The translations under genes and the position numbers were made by a program. This document shows positions 44,421-59,707 of a stretch of 64,000 bases of DNA, piece by piece. The notes below the pieces were generated by a model. The model was given only the letters and a program-made list of their open reading frames with translations, had not been told where the DNA came from and did not search any database. This DNA comes from the human T2T-CHM13v2.0 reference genome, Homo sapiens: the NCBI RefSeq assembly GCF_009914755.1, contig NC_060933.1; one strand, given 5' to 3'. Position 1 is the stretch's first letter. Each line of letters starts with the position of its first letter.

Positions 44421-45437
44421 ATTCTTTATCTTATAGATGGTTAGATGATGGTGACTATATTTCCCTAACTAATTCTGCAAAGTTATAGCAGAGCTCCCCA
44501 GAGACATTGGCTCTTAATGAGTACTCAAGTCAGCTCTTTCACAGAAAGACTGAATTTTCAGAATCTCACGAGTGGCTTTTAAATCCAAGTTATTGATGGT
44601 TGCTTTGTTTTTGGAGCAGTATTTGTGTCTTGTTTAGTAATGTGGATTCTCTTACAGAACAAATTTCTGTTTAGAAGCTTTTAGAATAAATAAGAGGAAA
44701 AAATCTTTTAGCCCCTGTGGACCACTAAAAACTGATCCACCAAAAATCTTTTGCCAAGTATCTGAAAAAGAGACATCTGTTTGGGACTTGGTTTGGCATG
44801 TTCCAAGAGTGAATCCTGGAAGGAAAAAAGAAATGAATTACTTGGCATACAACAGGATGGGAATAGGCCACTCAGGGGATAATTGAATGTAGACGACATA
44901 AGAAAGAAGCGTTCCACTTAGGAACTATCAACTAACAATTACTAATGAAGGAGGCACCAGAGGGAAAAACCTGGTCTAGTCATAAAAGCAACCAGAGAAC
45001 TTCTGGGTGGAACCAAAGATGCCCTCAGAGCTATTCTATAAAATAGGCCAATTATTAACTAGTGAGTGACCAAATAATATTTGCAAGTAAAGAGGGGGTA
45101 AATAACTGTTACACTTGGCAATATCCAACGAGCCAGCTCTGTACAGGAAATAAAAAGGGATCTGATTTGGGGGAAAAGAGGTAGGCACTGTCACAGACTC
45201 ACATGATCATGCTCGGTCTAGAAAACTTTGCTTTTTAAGAAGCACATAACAGCTAGATTTATTATTTTCAAATGTAGATAAGACCATGTCACTACTCAAG
45301 CCTCTACAAAGAAGTGGAATTGCACTTTGAATACAATCTAAGCATCTTGGCACGTGCCCTGTGTACTATACTTTAACTCCCCTGGTTTCTTTCAGTTTCC
45401 CAAACTTTTTTTTTGCCTCCAGCCTTTGCACAAGTGA

Positions 45438-45887
<450 letters not shown>

Positions 45888-46015
45888 TGACAATCAACAC
45901 ATGTTATACTACTCTTCCTTTGATCAAGCTTATATTTAAAAAGCTTTTTTATAGCTTTGCTGTACATAAATGTTTTCTATTAGAGCAACACTGTGTAATA
46001 ATTAATCATTTATGT

Positions 46016-46220
46016 GTCCGATGTCGGGTGCCTATATATTTAAAACTGTTATATCCTCTTGATGAAGTGACCTCTTTATCATTACATAATGACCTTGTCT
46101 CTTTTTATAGTTCTTGACTGAAAGCCTATTTTGTCTGATATAAAGATAGCCACCCCTTCTCTCCTTTGGTTTCCATTTGCCTGGTATGTCTTTCTTCCTC
46201 CCTTCACTTTCAGTCTATGT
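46016..46220 (-). mobile_element. L1M ORF2 endonuclease-region fragment
   Basis: gggtgcctatatattt...ttttgtctgatataaagatagccacccct...tttggtttccatttgc is antisense L1 EN region. Confidence 0.8.
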
Positions 46221-46225
46221 TTGGC

Positions 46226-46410
46226 TTGTATATTTCAACATTTCTAAGAGTAGACTTTAAATATTTTTGCCACAAAAAAGGTAAGCATGTGAATCAATGA
46301 ATTTGTTAATTAGCCTGATTTTATCATCCCACATTGTAAACATATATCCAAACATCACATTGTACCCCATAAGTATATACAATTGTTATTGGTTAAAAAA
46401 TAAAATTTAA
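46226..46410 (+). mobile_element. L1MA 3' terminus
   Basis: gttaattagcctgattt...aacatcacattgtaccccataagtatatacaatt...aaaaataaaa. Confidence 0.8.
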
Positions 46411-46424
46411 ACGCTTTTTAAAAT

Positions 46425-46988
46425 AGAATAACCCTTCCCCAGAGAAAAGTCTTGCCTTTGTTCTTGGCTCCTGAGAGGTGATCTCTAAGTCTTTGGAATG
46501 TCCTTTCTGCTAAGAATATCTTTGTTTACCTGGGGATCTTGAACCAGAGCCAGTGATGTAACTACATGACTAACGATAGGAGTTTTGGGCCAGGTATCAG
46601 CTCCCTGCCCAGAGGGTCTAGAGACTAAAGGTCAGCCACACAGTCAGTCTAATATGTCTATGTGACCAAGTGCCAGTAAAAACTCAACACTGGGGCGTGG
46701 TGGTTTCCTTGGTGGGTAATACCCCATGCAAACTGTGATACATCATTGCAGAAAAACAAGCATTCTTCATGACTTCCCTGGGGAAGGATAACTGGAAGCT
46801 TTGCATTTGGAACTCTCCTGGACTCTGCTCTCTTTGTATCTCTTCCCTTGGATAATTTTAATCTGTATCTTTTTGCTGTGATAAACTATTAACTATATAC
46901 TGTATTACAGCTTTCCATGATTTTTGTGGGTTCTTCTAGTGAATTATCAAAACTGATGGTGGTTTTGGTAACTTTTGAACTTTGTAAG
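46425..46988 (+). mobile_element. MER77/MER21-group LTR
   Basis: ataacccttcccc...ggctcctgagaggtgatctctaag...ttctagtgaattatcaaaactga. Confidence 0.7.
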
Positions 46989-47270
46989 GACAGCTGTTCT
47001 CAAGTCAGCTATAGAAGACAAATAAATTGCTTTCATTCACAGAAGCTCTTGTGACTTATCTCTTTAAGGATAACTGAAAACACAAAACTCTTTCACTTAC
47101 AAGCAGTGAGTTTATGCCACATAGAGACCTTGGGTCCAGAGCTAATGGCTGTTTGAAGTAGTCTCACCCCTGAGTGGGAATGGGGACCCTAAAAAGGCAG
47201 TGAAATGAGGAAATTCTCTGCAGTGTCCAACCTTTGATCTGGGTATTCTCTAAAGAAACCATTTGGTTAA

Positions 47271-47616
<346 letters not shown>

Positions 47617-48739
47617 TTATCACATTGCTTTTTAACAGCCATTGCCTTAAATATGGGCTTTAGAACAATGCCTACATTAAGAGGCTACTCCATCACCTCA
47701 ATTAACCCCTACATATGCTGACATGACAAAGATATAATCTAAAAGCAGAAATGAGGAAGCCTGGTTTGCAAAACAGAAAGGTTTAGAATTCCTCACCCCT
47801 GCCACAAGGATATACAGATTTGTCATTTGTCTAAAAGGCATGCTGGTTTGAATGCTGGGACACCTGGATATGGGCTTGCTTTTTTTAATATGGTTAACGT
47901 CTATTTTTAATGTGTACGTAAGTTACTGTGCTTAACTATATATGTGGTGTTCTACTTCATGCTCTATTTAACAAACTTCTAAGAGTAATTTAGTTCACCT
48001 GCTTTAAACTCAGTTGAAGTAGAATGGAAGTGAACTGTATTCTCAGTTATTCTAATTGTCTAGGCAACTCAGATACACTTTTTCACTTACACTCCCTGCC
48101 CACCTTTTCATGGCTGTCTTCTCCTCATCCCTCAGGCTTCCACTGAAATGTCACCTCCACTGAGAACTCTTTACTTACTGTCTGTCAAAATTATTCTGTC
48201 CTCTGTCCACATAGATATTCTTTCTCTAGCACCTGCTGTTTTTTCTTCTTACAGCATATATCCCAAATTATTGATTTATATTTTATTGTTGTTTAGTTTC
48301 TTTTGCATTTGTCTTTCAAACTGGATTGTACATCTCCTGAAAAAGAGAACATATCTTTTTGGCTTATATCATCAGGTATAAAAAGTACTGTGCCTGGTAA
48401 ATAGTGCCCCAAACCATAAAGGGACACATTTTAAAAATGATTGAATGTAGCACTATGAGCAGGTGGGGGCACTTAAGATAGATCTGAATTACCATTGATG
48501 AATTACCCTTTCATTCTATGCTTTCTCTATAGACTTTTAAGTGTTAGGGGCATTGTGAATACAGATTAGACAAGAGCATCAGACCAAAGACTCTCCCAAT
48601 GAGCTCTAGAACTTTACATGGAACAGACTGAGAAAACAGGGTAAGGTAAACCAATAAACCCATGTAATATCTACTCCTTAGATGAAGAGCTAATCTAACA
48701 AGAGAAAAGGGAAAAGAGAAGGATTTAAATAATTGAGAT

Positions 48740-49400
48740 GGATGATTTAGTATACTGGAGAGATTTTGGTTCTCTAAATCTATTTCCTGAACTGAAAAAT
48801 AGGGAAATAAATTCTTACCCCTCAGGACTGCTGTAAGGATTATATGAGATAATGTAAATAAGTTGAAGACAATAGTTTGTGTGTAATACACTGGATAAAT
48901 ATTACTTCCTTTTACCCTTATCTCATCTATTGAATATTAATAAGAGCTAACACCTGCTTAATGCTTGCTTAGTGCTAAAAACTGCTGTAGGCATTTATAT
49001 ATGTTAATTCATTTCTTTTTCACAACTCTATGAGGCCAGTGCTCTTTATCATCCACATTTTACAGATGAAGAAACTGACATTCATTGAAGTTAAGTCATC
49101 TGCCTAAGGCCACATAGCTCATAAGTGACAGAGTTGTGATTCAGAGACAAGCAGCCCAGGTAAATTGTCTGTGCTCTTAACCAACATGCCCTGCGGTCAT
49201 TTCAATAAATAAATTAACAACTGTTTGTTAAACACTACAATGTGCCAGAAAGTAGTCATTGTCTTATTTAGTCTTTGCAAAACAGAGTAGGTATTCTCTA
49301 TTTTTGAATAAGTTGACATTCACAAAGATTTAGTCATTTATCCAAGATTTCTTGTTTCACAAGCCACAGAATTAGTATTTGAATTAATTTCTGTTAAACT
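48740..49400. mobile_element. Cluster of MIR elements in both orientations
   Basis: ggactgctgtaaggattatatgagataatgt (+); cattttacagatgaagaaactgac (-). Confidence 0.75.
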
Positions 49401-49659
49401 TAAAAAAGTATTTTGTTGCCTTAGAAAACTTTACTGAAGCCTTTTTATATCAAAACCCTTTTATATAACTAATTATTATGTTTCCAAGTTTGCACATAGC
49501 TACAGAGACTTCTATATACACATGCAAAGGTAATATTCTCATGGAATAAATTCTTTTATAGCTATCTAAGTATGTGAACTTTAAATTAGTATCAATATTA
49601 TTTCATTTTTGGTCTAAAAGAAGGATATACCTATCCTAACTCTTACTCAGTCGTTACGA

Positions 49660-49760
49660 TAGTTGACCCTTGAACAACATGAGTTTGAACTGTGTAGGTC
49701 CACTTATATGTGTTTTTTTTTAAATAAATATATTGGAAATTTTTTGGAAATTAGCTACAC
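49660..49760 (+). mobile_element. Tigger2-type terminal fragment
   Basis: agttgacccttgaacaacatgagtttgaactgtgtaggtccacttatatg. Confidence 0.75.
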
Positions 49761-51189
49761 AGTTTTAGAGGTTCCCACACAGGCACTGAGGTTCCACTCA
49801 GGCACTGAGAACATTTCCCTGCTAAATGAAACTGTAAAAGTGGAGATTTTCATTCTCTATAGTTTTGCTTTGGCCAGGACATGAAAAACACAGTGGATAG
49901 GATAAAAGGATTTCTAATGGTAGCAGGAGAATAATTTAAAAGGGTCCTAGATTCCTAATTCTTTTTTTTGTTTGTTTGTTTTTAACTGGTACACTTCTGA
50001 CATGAAATAGTGCAATTCCCTCACTAGATGAGGAATCTAAGAATAGCCTTTCAGGGTAGTGAGTTCTAGGCAGCGCAATCGGCCCCATATGTGTGCTCAA
50101 GTGAGCTTCTGCACTCCTGCCCAGGGGTTTCAGGAGGCAGCTTGTGGTGGTACCAAGAGAAGACTGCAAAACGGAAACAGCATGTGAAAAGGTCAGTGCA
50201 GTGGGCTGCACAAAAGAAAATGTTCATGAAATAACTGAGAGTGGAGACTGTAAACTAGGGAATTCAACAGAAGCAATTTCAAATTCAACAAAAGCAGAGG
50301 GGAAATAGCATACAAAGCAGGTGAAGCTAGATGATATTTTGAGATATTTACTTGTTTTAGTTTGCGTTTTTCTACCTCTGTTTCTCTCTCACATGACTTT
50401 TAGCCCACTTCACGTGGGTTGCCTGCTCCACACCTTATTCCCTAAGGGGAGATACATGACACAGTAGAGAGTGAGTTTACTTAGAGACTCAGCCCAAGCA
50501 GAGTTCAGTTCTTTTTGGCTTTTGTTGTTCAAAAGCTTAAATGCTTAGGATAATTAAAAGTGTTTGCTAATGCATAGGAGGGATAAAAGAGTATTAGAAA
50601 AAGCACACTGGAAGAAACAATAAGGAATAAAATGTTAGCCTCAGGCTGAAGTTTCAACTGGGCTGAGGAGAGAGGGTTGGGAGGAGGGTTCCATATCCTC
50701 AGAGAAGGCAGCTAGAGTTCTCAGGAAATGACAGTTACCCAGAAAATGGGCAAGGAACTGAGGCCTGGACATATCTGGAGGGCCTCAGCAAATAGTCCCA
50801 GTCTGTAAGTTTTATTACTGATCCTGAGGAGCTATACAAAGGAAACCATAAATCTTTCAATATCTGCATGGACAACTTTCCACATTTCTTTCCCCCGTGA
50901 CATCATGGCACACATAAATCCTAAGTATTATGTCACAACACTGCAAAGCTGAGTGAGAGTGCAAACTGCGCCAATGGTCTACGTTAATATTTTTATAGCT
51001 TGTGGAAATATAAATACAAAATACAAATTAAATAAACTATAAAGAACAAATTTTAACACCCCTGAGATTGAGACTAAGATTCATACCTAAAACAGAAAGT
51101 CATCTTGCTTGGAAAAAATTAATGGATAGATGTCTGATCTTCACCTCATTTCCTTAACACCTTTCTGAGAAGATTGTTTGTTTTTAATT

Positions 51190-51655
51190 TGTTATTCTAA
51201 ATTCAAATCTGATCATGCCAGACCTGCTCCAGTGTCCTCAGGATAAAGCCCCAAATCCTTTGAATGGCCATTCATCACTTCTTTGCATCAACTTCGAGGT
51301 CATCTATCCCTGCTCTACCCCTTTTCACACTTTGTTCTTCAGGGATGCCTAGTGACTGGCAATTCCACAAACACAATTTGCATTCCTGTAAGCACACACT
51401 GTTCTTTGCCTTGAGTGCACAAGGGGTACTTCTCATGCACAAGGGGTACTGCTTCCTCTGCCTGCCACACTCTTTCTTATCCTTCAGGGTTTGGCTTAGA
51501 CCTCCACTCTCTTGAAACCCTGGCTTGAATTCCTAAGAGAAGACTGTGTGGTCCTCCTCTGTGCTCCCATTTCACATGGTACCTGTTTCTTATAATGTTT
51601 CTTCTAGCAAAATGCTTGGCATCCCATAGGGCTCAAAATATTTATTGAATATATT
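51190..51655. mobile_element. L2 fragment
   Basis: aaatctgatcatgcc...ctcaggataaagccccaaatcctt...ggctcaaaatatttattgaat. Confidence 0.6.
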
Positions 51656-53064
51656 AATGACTCTTGCAAGCCAGCTATGACCTTGCATTTAAGATTCATT
51701 ATTTCCAAGCAATCAAAAAATGACATTGACTATGTGATAAGAATTTAAACAGGAGCAAAGGATAGGATATCAGAACTTCAAGGGACCTGAATTATATGAT
51801 TTGACCCAACCAGTTCTTCCCCTAAGCTCCTTTCAAGGCAGAAGTATCTTTTATCTTTGTATCTCAGTATCTAACATGATGCTATTACATAGTAGACTCT
51901 TTAGAAATTATCGAGATAGGGAAGAAGGGAAGGATACAAGGAGGAAGGGAGAGAAAATTAAAATGGAGGGAGGAATTTAAATTTCTGTGGTCAACCAATG
52001 GCAAATTCAGGATTAGGCTTCACAGTCCGGATTTAAGACTGACCATTAGCCCAGTTCCCTTTTACCAGGCTAATGTACGGCACACAGAATCCTCTAGGGA
52101 TTAGTCAATCACCTGTGAGAAGGTATTTCTTGGCAATATTACTCTACTGCTTTTCATTATATGTTATTTAAATTCAGAACACTCCTGTCATACGAATGCA
52201 GGCAATTAAATATTTTCCACATGAGCCATTCCTTCTTCTGGCAGAACTCAGATTATTTAATAACACTGTGGAGGAAAAAACCTCCTGGAATTTCACTTTT
52301 CATGAGAAATTAGATATTTGCTGATTTAGATTAAACTTGCCGTGGCAAATAAACTGCCACAATGTCCCTAGCCATATACTCCATGGTATGATGTCAGATC
52401 CTTTTCAGTAAGTTTTCAAAATGACTCTCAAATATGTAACAACATCATTTCAGATTAAATGACAGTTTTGAGCACGTGAAAACCCTAAACAGCATTTATC
52501 GGAGTTGGAGACACTAATATAAAAGAGTGAATAACCATGGCATGCTTAATTTGCAGTTCTTTTTCACTTCCCTACAGACAGCTCAGTGTCTCTTTGCTGC
52601 TTAGGAGCTTGTTTTACAACACCACCATGAGCATTTCTGCCTCCATCTGGGCAGGTACAATCCATTTTCTCTGGTACTGAGTTACTCAATGCCTTCAGAC
52701 AGTTTTGCATTGCAGGAAGAGATCAGATAGCCTGACTTCTTTCTAATAAAGGTGTATTGCTATAATCTGGGGCTGTACTTTCCACATTTGTCCTTAACTA
52801 CAACATGTTTTGTCAATTACCACATATTTCATGTGGTAAAGTAAAGAAAAATCTCTTTTCATAGAGGCATCGTACAGTATAAAATTGCTTTACAACTTTT
52901 TGACTCTAAGAGCTTAGGTTGAGGAAACATAGGATTGGAATATAACTGTTTAGCAAATATAGTAGTTTTCAATGACTTCAAATGCAAAATGTATTTATGT
53001 TGAGGCAACACTTACAAATGAGGCAAATATAAAATAAAACATTTGCTTCAAAAGGCAGTGGCGG

Positions 53065-53405
53065 GGCTGGGTGCGGTGGCTCATGCCTGTAATCCCAGCA
53101 CTTTGGGAGGCTGAGGCGGGTGGGTCATGAGGTCAGGAGTTCGAGATCAGCCTGGCCAATATGCTGAAACCCCATCTCTACTAAAAATACAAAAATTAGC
53201 CTGGTGTGGTGGCACGCACCTGTAGTCCCAGCAGCTAGGGAGGCTGAGGCAGAAAAATCGCCTGAACCGGGAGGCGAAGGTTGCAGTGAGTCAAGATTGC
53301 GCCATTGCACTCCAGCCTGGGTGACAGAGCAAGACTCTGACAAAAAAATAAAATAAAATAAAATAAAATAAAATAAAATAAAATAAAATAAAATAAAATA
53401 AAATG
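53065..53405 (+). mobile_element. AluSg-like with (AAAAT)n tail
   Basis: TSD aaaggcagtggcgg at 53051-53064 and 53406-53419. Confidence 0.95.
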
Positions 53406-54107
53406 AAAGGCAGTGGCGGGGGCGGGGGGGGATCTTGGCAATATGACTAATTTTCATGAAGCAAGACTGCATCACATTCCAGATATATTTGGGAACATTC
53501 ATTCTTTTCTCCTGAAGTCTGGCAGTCTTTTTTTCCTTTAATTTTTGATGTAGCATAGTTTCCTGGGCTTATTATTTTAACCTTCCTTTATAATAACTGG
53601 AATTCTTTCTCTCTCTGTCCCTTGTCCATCTGATCCAGGACTGGAGTCAAATTTCCATCCTAGAATAATCCAACTATCCACATCTTTCAGTCCATCATCA
53701 GGAACCATAGCTACTATTTATTGAGAACTTATTCCACTTAAGACACTATGCTAAGCGTGTTTAAGACAACGTCTTACATATACTCAGAGAAATCCAATGA
53801 CATAGGCACTTTTAAATCTTTACCTCTATTAAGAACTTCGTGAGTTCTAAAACGGTTTCCTCTGGGTTGTCTAACAAGTCCCTAAAAGGTAACTTTTCTC
53901 TAACTAAGCCTGTGCCTCCTCCTATATTATCATTGTATAATTTAAGAACCTGGACTCATTCTAATCTCCTCCCCTTTCCTCCTACCCAACATCTAATTGC
54001 AAAGTTGTATCAATTTACCACCCAGCTACTTCTCAAATTTCTTAGTTACTCTCAATTTTTTCTGCTACTGCTTTAGTTTAGATCCTAATTACTACGCTTA
54101 TATATAA

Positions 54108-54516
<409 letters not shown>

Positions 54517-54844
54517 TAATTTTCAACATATCACCACCCTGCTTCATTGGGTTCCCCAAAATCCTTAGTTTAAACCAAAACTCTTTTGCAAACTCTTTGA
54601 AAATATTCTCTTTAACCCTGAGTTTCTAGCCTCCTTGTCCGCCAATCGCATAAGAACTCTTTACTAACCCAACCATAGCCATTTTCCAAACATATTTTTT
54701 GATGTTAACAATTTTTTTTTCCCAGAGCTTTCAGATTTTGATAAGATAGTAGTAGGAGAAGACAATATAGAATATATCACATGAGGCAGAAATCTGATGG
54801 GAGTACAGGGTAGCTCCACCATCAGGCACCAAAGATTTTATAAG

Positions 54845-55250
54845 TGTGAAAGTTGTCAGAATCAAAATCCGGACAAACAGAGCCAGGGAAGGCCATGAAA
54901 AGAGAGTTCTCAAGCTTGTATACTTGATAACAAAAAAAGATGCTGCAAAACCCACAAATTTGCCCAAGGCCATTGTGACCTTACACAAAAAAATACTTCT
55001 ACAAGGACATCCGCCCAACAATTGCTTGTCCAGCTTTGGACTGGTACCACCCTTGTTATTGATCTTTGTAACCAAGGATAATCATTTCAAAACAATTGTG
55101 TAATCATTTTCTCTTATAAAAACTTTTGGCTTTCTTTACCTCTTAAAATATGCATACAATTTATTATGGAAGTGTACTCCCATTGCAATGATCTATTCCT
55201 AAAATAAACATATTTTCTTTTGAAGAGCTTCTCTGATATTTACGATGACA
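54845..55250 (+). mobile_element. MER65A-like ERV1 solo LTR
   Basis: TGTGAAAGTTGTCAGAATCAAAAT...GATGACA with a perfect 4-bp TSD TAAG at 54841-54844 and 55251-55254. Confidence 0.9.
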
Positions 55251-58031
55251 TAAGGATGTGGGAATCCTCTGTGGAGGGACATAAGGTATAGGGGTGAGGA
55301 CTGGTAGGAGTGTAGCACTTCTTCCTGGCCAATGTAACTACTGGGGGAAAAATGGATCCAGCTCTCTGAAAATTCCAACTCTTTTTAATACATAGCTGAA
55401 CTTGAGTATTGAAATTTGTTTTATTTCTTGTTGAATCTAATTTGCCCACACATGACTTTAAATTCCTGTTACACTGGTTTATGCTGATCAACATGGCTAT
55501 CTTTCAAGAGAACACTATCCTTCAGCAAAATAGAACTTAAAGGCAATCTGCCCAGATAGTGGCAGTCATTTGCAAATAGATGAGCTAATGAGTCTCTTAG
55601 AAAGAGCCTGAAAATGACTAATGTGAGTGAGCTAGGAGGGTCCATCAGATAATGCCAACTTTTATGAATCTCCTTTAATTGACTATGATTGACAAGTACA
55701 TTAATAACTTTTATGTCAAGGGCTTATGTCTTTTCCATTCTGTCACAAGCTGTAAACAATTTCATGCTGAGTATGATAAAAATGAAACTTTCTTGATTGC
55801 AGTAAAGGAAATACTTTCAATCCCTAAAAAAATCAGGTATCTTTTATTCCAGATATTTCTATTTGGTAGGTCAATGTACAGTTTCACACATTTAAGAAAC
55901 CTCCAATATCTTTGCTCTTTGCAGCAAAAAAAGGGATAAAAAAGTTAAAACAATAAAACAACGAAAGACAATAGAGAGCTCCATTTATTTTGAATTCAAT
56001 TTTAAGTTTATAGCATGATATTTGTATGTCTTAATCTAAAATTGCTTCAATTTCCTCAATTTTGTACAAAGGGTGATTCAATTTCAGATTAATTCAGATT
56101 GCCTTGGTAATACAGCCATTGTCTGCTGAATACATACATCATTATAACAATGCTGTCCATTTAAATTGCAGTATTCTCTGTTTTCTGATATCCTGAGGTT
56201 TGATGCTTGTTTGATTTTGCTAAAGAATTATACTATGGCTTGATAATCAATTTCTTTAAAAGAAACCATGTCAAAATCCAAGAGAATGATACTCATCAAT
56301 ACTGGTCTTTAGTTTTTGTTTTTAAAAATTGTTTTTCAAGATTAATCACAAAAAATACAAAAAAAAGGATATATATACTTGTAACCTACAAATTCCTGGG
56401 AGACATTTTCTGCAATTAACAATAAAAAAAGAGACTAACAGGGTATATATCATGAAGTGTCTTTTTAGATGTCCTAATATTCTTACAGTTATTAGGACAT
56501 TACATTCAACCGGAATAACAGCATGCCTCTTTTTCTTTAAAATTCTGACTAGTGATCTCAAACATGGAACTGTCAAACCATCCAATGCTAAAAAGGGCTC
56601 TTGGTGCAATACCCCATTATATGACCTATTTCTTTTTCTTATTCCATCTTGTGGCTGTCCTATAGTTAAGATATAGACAAAGAGACTGGGAGAGTAGAGA
56701 AGAAGCAATTTAAAAGTTACGGCAATGTAATGAATGTTGATGCATACAAAAACTAGAAATCTATTTTTCATAATTGCATAAAATTAGAATATTTAAATTC
56801 TAAACATTTTCATATACATAGTAATTGGGAGTCAAAATATGCTTGGTGAGGACTCTATTCATATTGCTTTAGAAAGAAGCAACTGTATTTAAATTGTTTA
56901 ATAAATATATATGTTCTAGAGTCATAAGAGGATTAAATATAATGTTCTTTTTTTAAAAAAAACAAATCTGCAATATAGTCAAATTCTTTAAATGGCATTT
57001 CTCACTGTTGAGCTAATCTGATTACTTTATAATTCATTTTGATAAAAATAAAATATTTGACCTAGTTAAAAGATACACTGGCAAAATAAGGCTCAATCTG
57101 AAATACACATACAAAAAAGCTATGTTCATATAATATAAAAGGGACAGCTAGATTTTGTTTTGTTAGAGAAACAAAAGAGCTATGTTCTAGTAGCTAATTA
57201 AAAGGTATTAAAATAGAGTCATATTAGAGAAAATGAGTATTTTGTTCTACAGAGATAGCAAAGTGGGCAAAAGCAAGGAACTCAACATTAGTAAGATTAA
57301 TACAATATTAAGATAGTAAGGGAAATTTATTTTGTGGGCCAATACCCTTAATTATTCACAAACAAATTTTCACAATCATTATCTATTATTAACTTCCATG
57401 TGCAAACTCAATGAAGTCATAAGGAGACTAATTTTTCACCATCTGAAAAGAATGCTATTCAAGGAAATCTTATGATCATATCTTTTCTTTAAATTAATAG
57501 TCAGAACAAAAGCCTGTACACAAAAAGTTGAAAGAAAACTATTTTGAAAGGGTGTTGTGGTGTCTTGCCATCACAGTCCTGTGAAAAGTCCATGATCTGA
57601 GCAGGAACAGAAGGTCACCAAAAAATGGTAGTGGTGATGATAAAGATATTCCTGACTCAAATGGATACAATGGTTTCCCTTAAATCATCTTATTTAAACC
57701 ACACAAATAACCATCTGAAGAGGCCAGCAAACATATCATTATCACTTAATGGACAATAAAACTGAAGCCCAGAGAAGCTAAGCTCTTTGTGGAGAGTCAC
57801 ATGCAACCGAACTACATTAGAATGACACTGAGTTCTCCACTGCTTGGAAAACCAGTAGTCTTCCTGGTTGATCTGATTTTCTCAATTTGTAAAATTGTGT
57901 TAATAATTAGTGTTAAAAGTTATCAAGGGTATTAATGAAATAATGTACATATAGGGCTTAAAATATTATCTGATATATGGCAAATATTATTGCCATTATT
58001 ATTATAAGTGGTCAGTCACATTTGAACATAT

Positions 58032-59690
58032 TGTATTTGTCAGCTTGAGCTGGTATAACGATATATCACAGACTGGATGGCTTAAGCAAAAATTTATTTT
58101 CTTATAGTCCTGGAGGCTGTAAGTCCAACATCAAGGGAACAGCAGGATTGGTTTCTGGTGAGGCCTCTACTGGCTTTCAGATGACTGCTTTCTCGATGTA
58201 TCCTCACATGGCTTTTTCTCTGTGTGCATACACTTCTGGGGTCTCTTCTTGTAGGACACCAGCAGTATTGGATTAACAGTATTGGCCCTATTGATCTCAT
58301 TTAATCTTAATTACCTTCTTAAAGACACTGTCTCTAAATAAAGTCACATTGGGGCACTAGACCTTCAACATATGGATTTGGGGACCATAATCTACCCTCT
58401 GGTCCCCCAAAATTCATGTTCTCTGGCATGCAAAATGCATTCACCCCATCTCAATAGTCTTAAAAGCCTTAACCCATCCCAGTATCGACTCCAAGATGAA
58501 AGTGTATCTAAATATCACATATCGCGTATGGTAAGACTTGAGAGGCAGCATTCGAAATTTGTTTGTGAATAATTCTTCTCCTGCTATGAACCTGCGAAAC
58601 CTAACAAGGTATGTGCTTCCAGAATAAAATGGTAGGACGGACATAGGAAAGACATTATTGTTCCAAAAGACAGAAATTGGAATAAAGAAAGGGATGATAG
58701 ATCTCAAGCAAGTCCAAAACCTAGAAAGGCAAATTCTGTTAGATCTGAAGGTTCCAGGGAATAATTCTCTTTGGCTTGATGCTCTGCTTTCCAGTCCCAA
58801 TAGGGTGGCAGCCTCACTTTCTAGACCCATTGGTGAGGAGTCCCACCCACTCAGCCATGGGTGGCAGTTTTGCCCCTGAGGAAATGAGCAAGGGCAGCCT
58901 CATCCTCTGAAACCAAGGAGGTGGTCCTACCCCTGAAACCAGGAAGGAGACAGCCTTGCACCCTTGCATCTGTGGGTTCTGGGCCTGCGGTGTGAGTGGC
59001 AGACCTGCTAGTCTCTCAATTGCTGTTTGGATCATTTTTCTTTTTTTTTCCACTTTTATTTTAAGTTCAGGGGTACAAGGGCAAGTTTGTTACATAGGTA
59101 ACATGGGGGTTTGTTGTACAGATTTTTGCATCACCCAGGTATTAATCCTAGGACCCACTGGTTATTTTTTCTGATCCTCTCCCTCCTACAACCCTCCACC
59201 CCTGAAAAGATCCCAGTGTGTGTTGTTCTCCGCTACATATTTATGTTTTCTTATCATTTAGCTCCCATTTACAAGTGAAAACAGTTGGGATTTGGTTTTC
59301 TGTTCCTGTGTTAAAGAATAAGGCATATTTTGCAGCCAGAGAGCCAGATATCTCTTTTGTTCCATTCTATAGAATTTCAGAAGTCTGAAAGCCTTTCTTC
59401 ATTTTGTCCCATCTTTGTTCCTTTTAGTCCAGTGGCAGAACCTCTGCTGGAGTCACCCATTTATTATTCCTGACCTCTGCAAAGATGGCTAACTAAATTT
59501 ATGGGTTACCTCTTTATGGAGTGATTGGCCAACCACATTCTTGGTGTTCTCTATAGAACATGCTTTCTCATTTTTTAATAATATGCATTGGCTTAGAATT
59601 TTCCAAATATTTTAAGTTCAATTTCCTTTTTGCTTAACACTTCTTTCTTCAATTTCTCTCTCTCCTTTTACATTTTACTTATGAGTATTA
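58032..59690 (-). mobile_element. MLT1A-type LTR (58032-58390) plus contiguous MLT1 internal sequence
   Basis: tcctggaggctgtaagtccaacatcaagg...; PPT-like tctaccctct (agagggtaga on the minus strand) abuts the LTR, followed by cccccaaaattcatgttctc...caaaatgcattcacccc. Confidence 0.8.
59035..59313 (-). mobile_element. Older L1PA 3' end nested in the MLT1 internal region
   Basis: cacttttattttaagttcaggggtaca...ttggttttctgttcctgtgtta. Confidence 0.88.
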
Positions 59691-59707
59691 TAGTATATAC
59701 TACATAT

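Noticed and set aside
49990-50990. Possible ancient LTR or promoter (CCAAT, minus-strand TATAAAA near 50990)
   Set aside because: Could not assign a family or termini with confidence.
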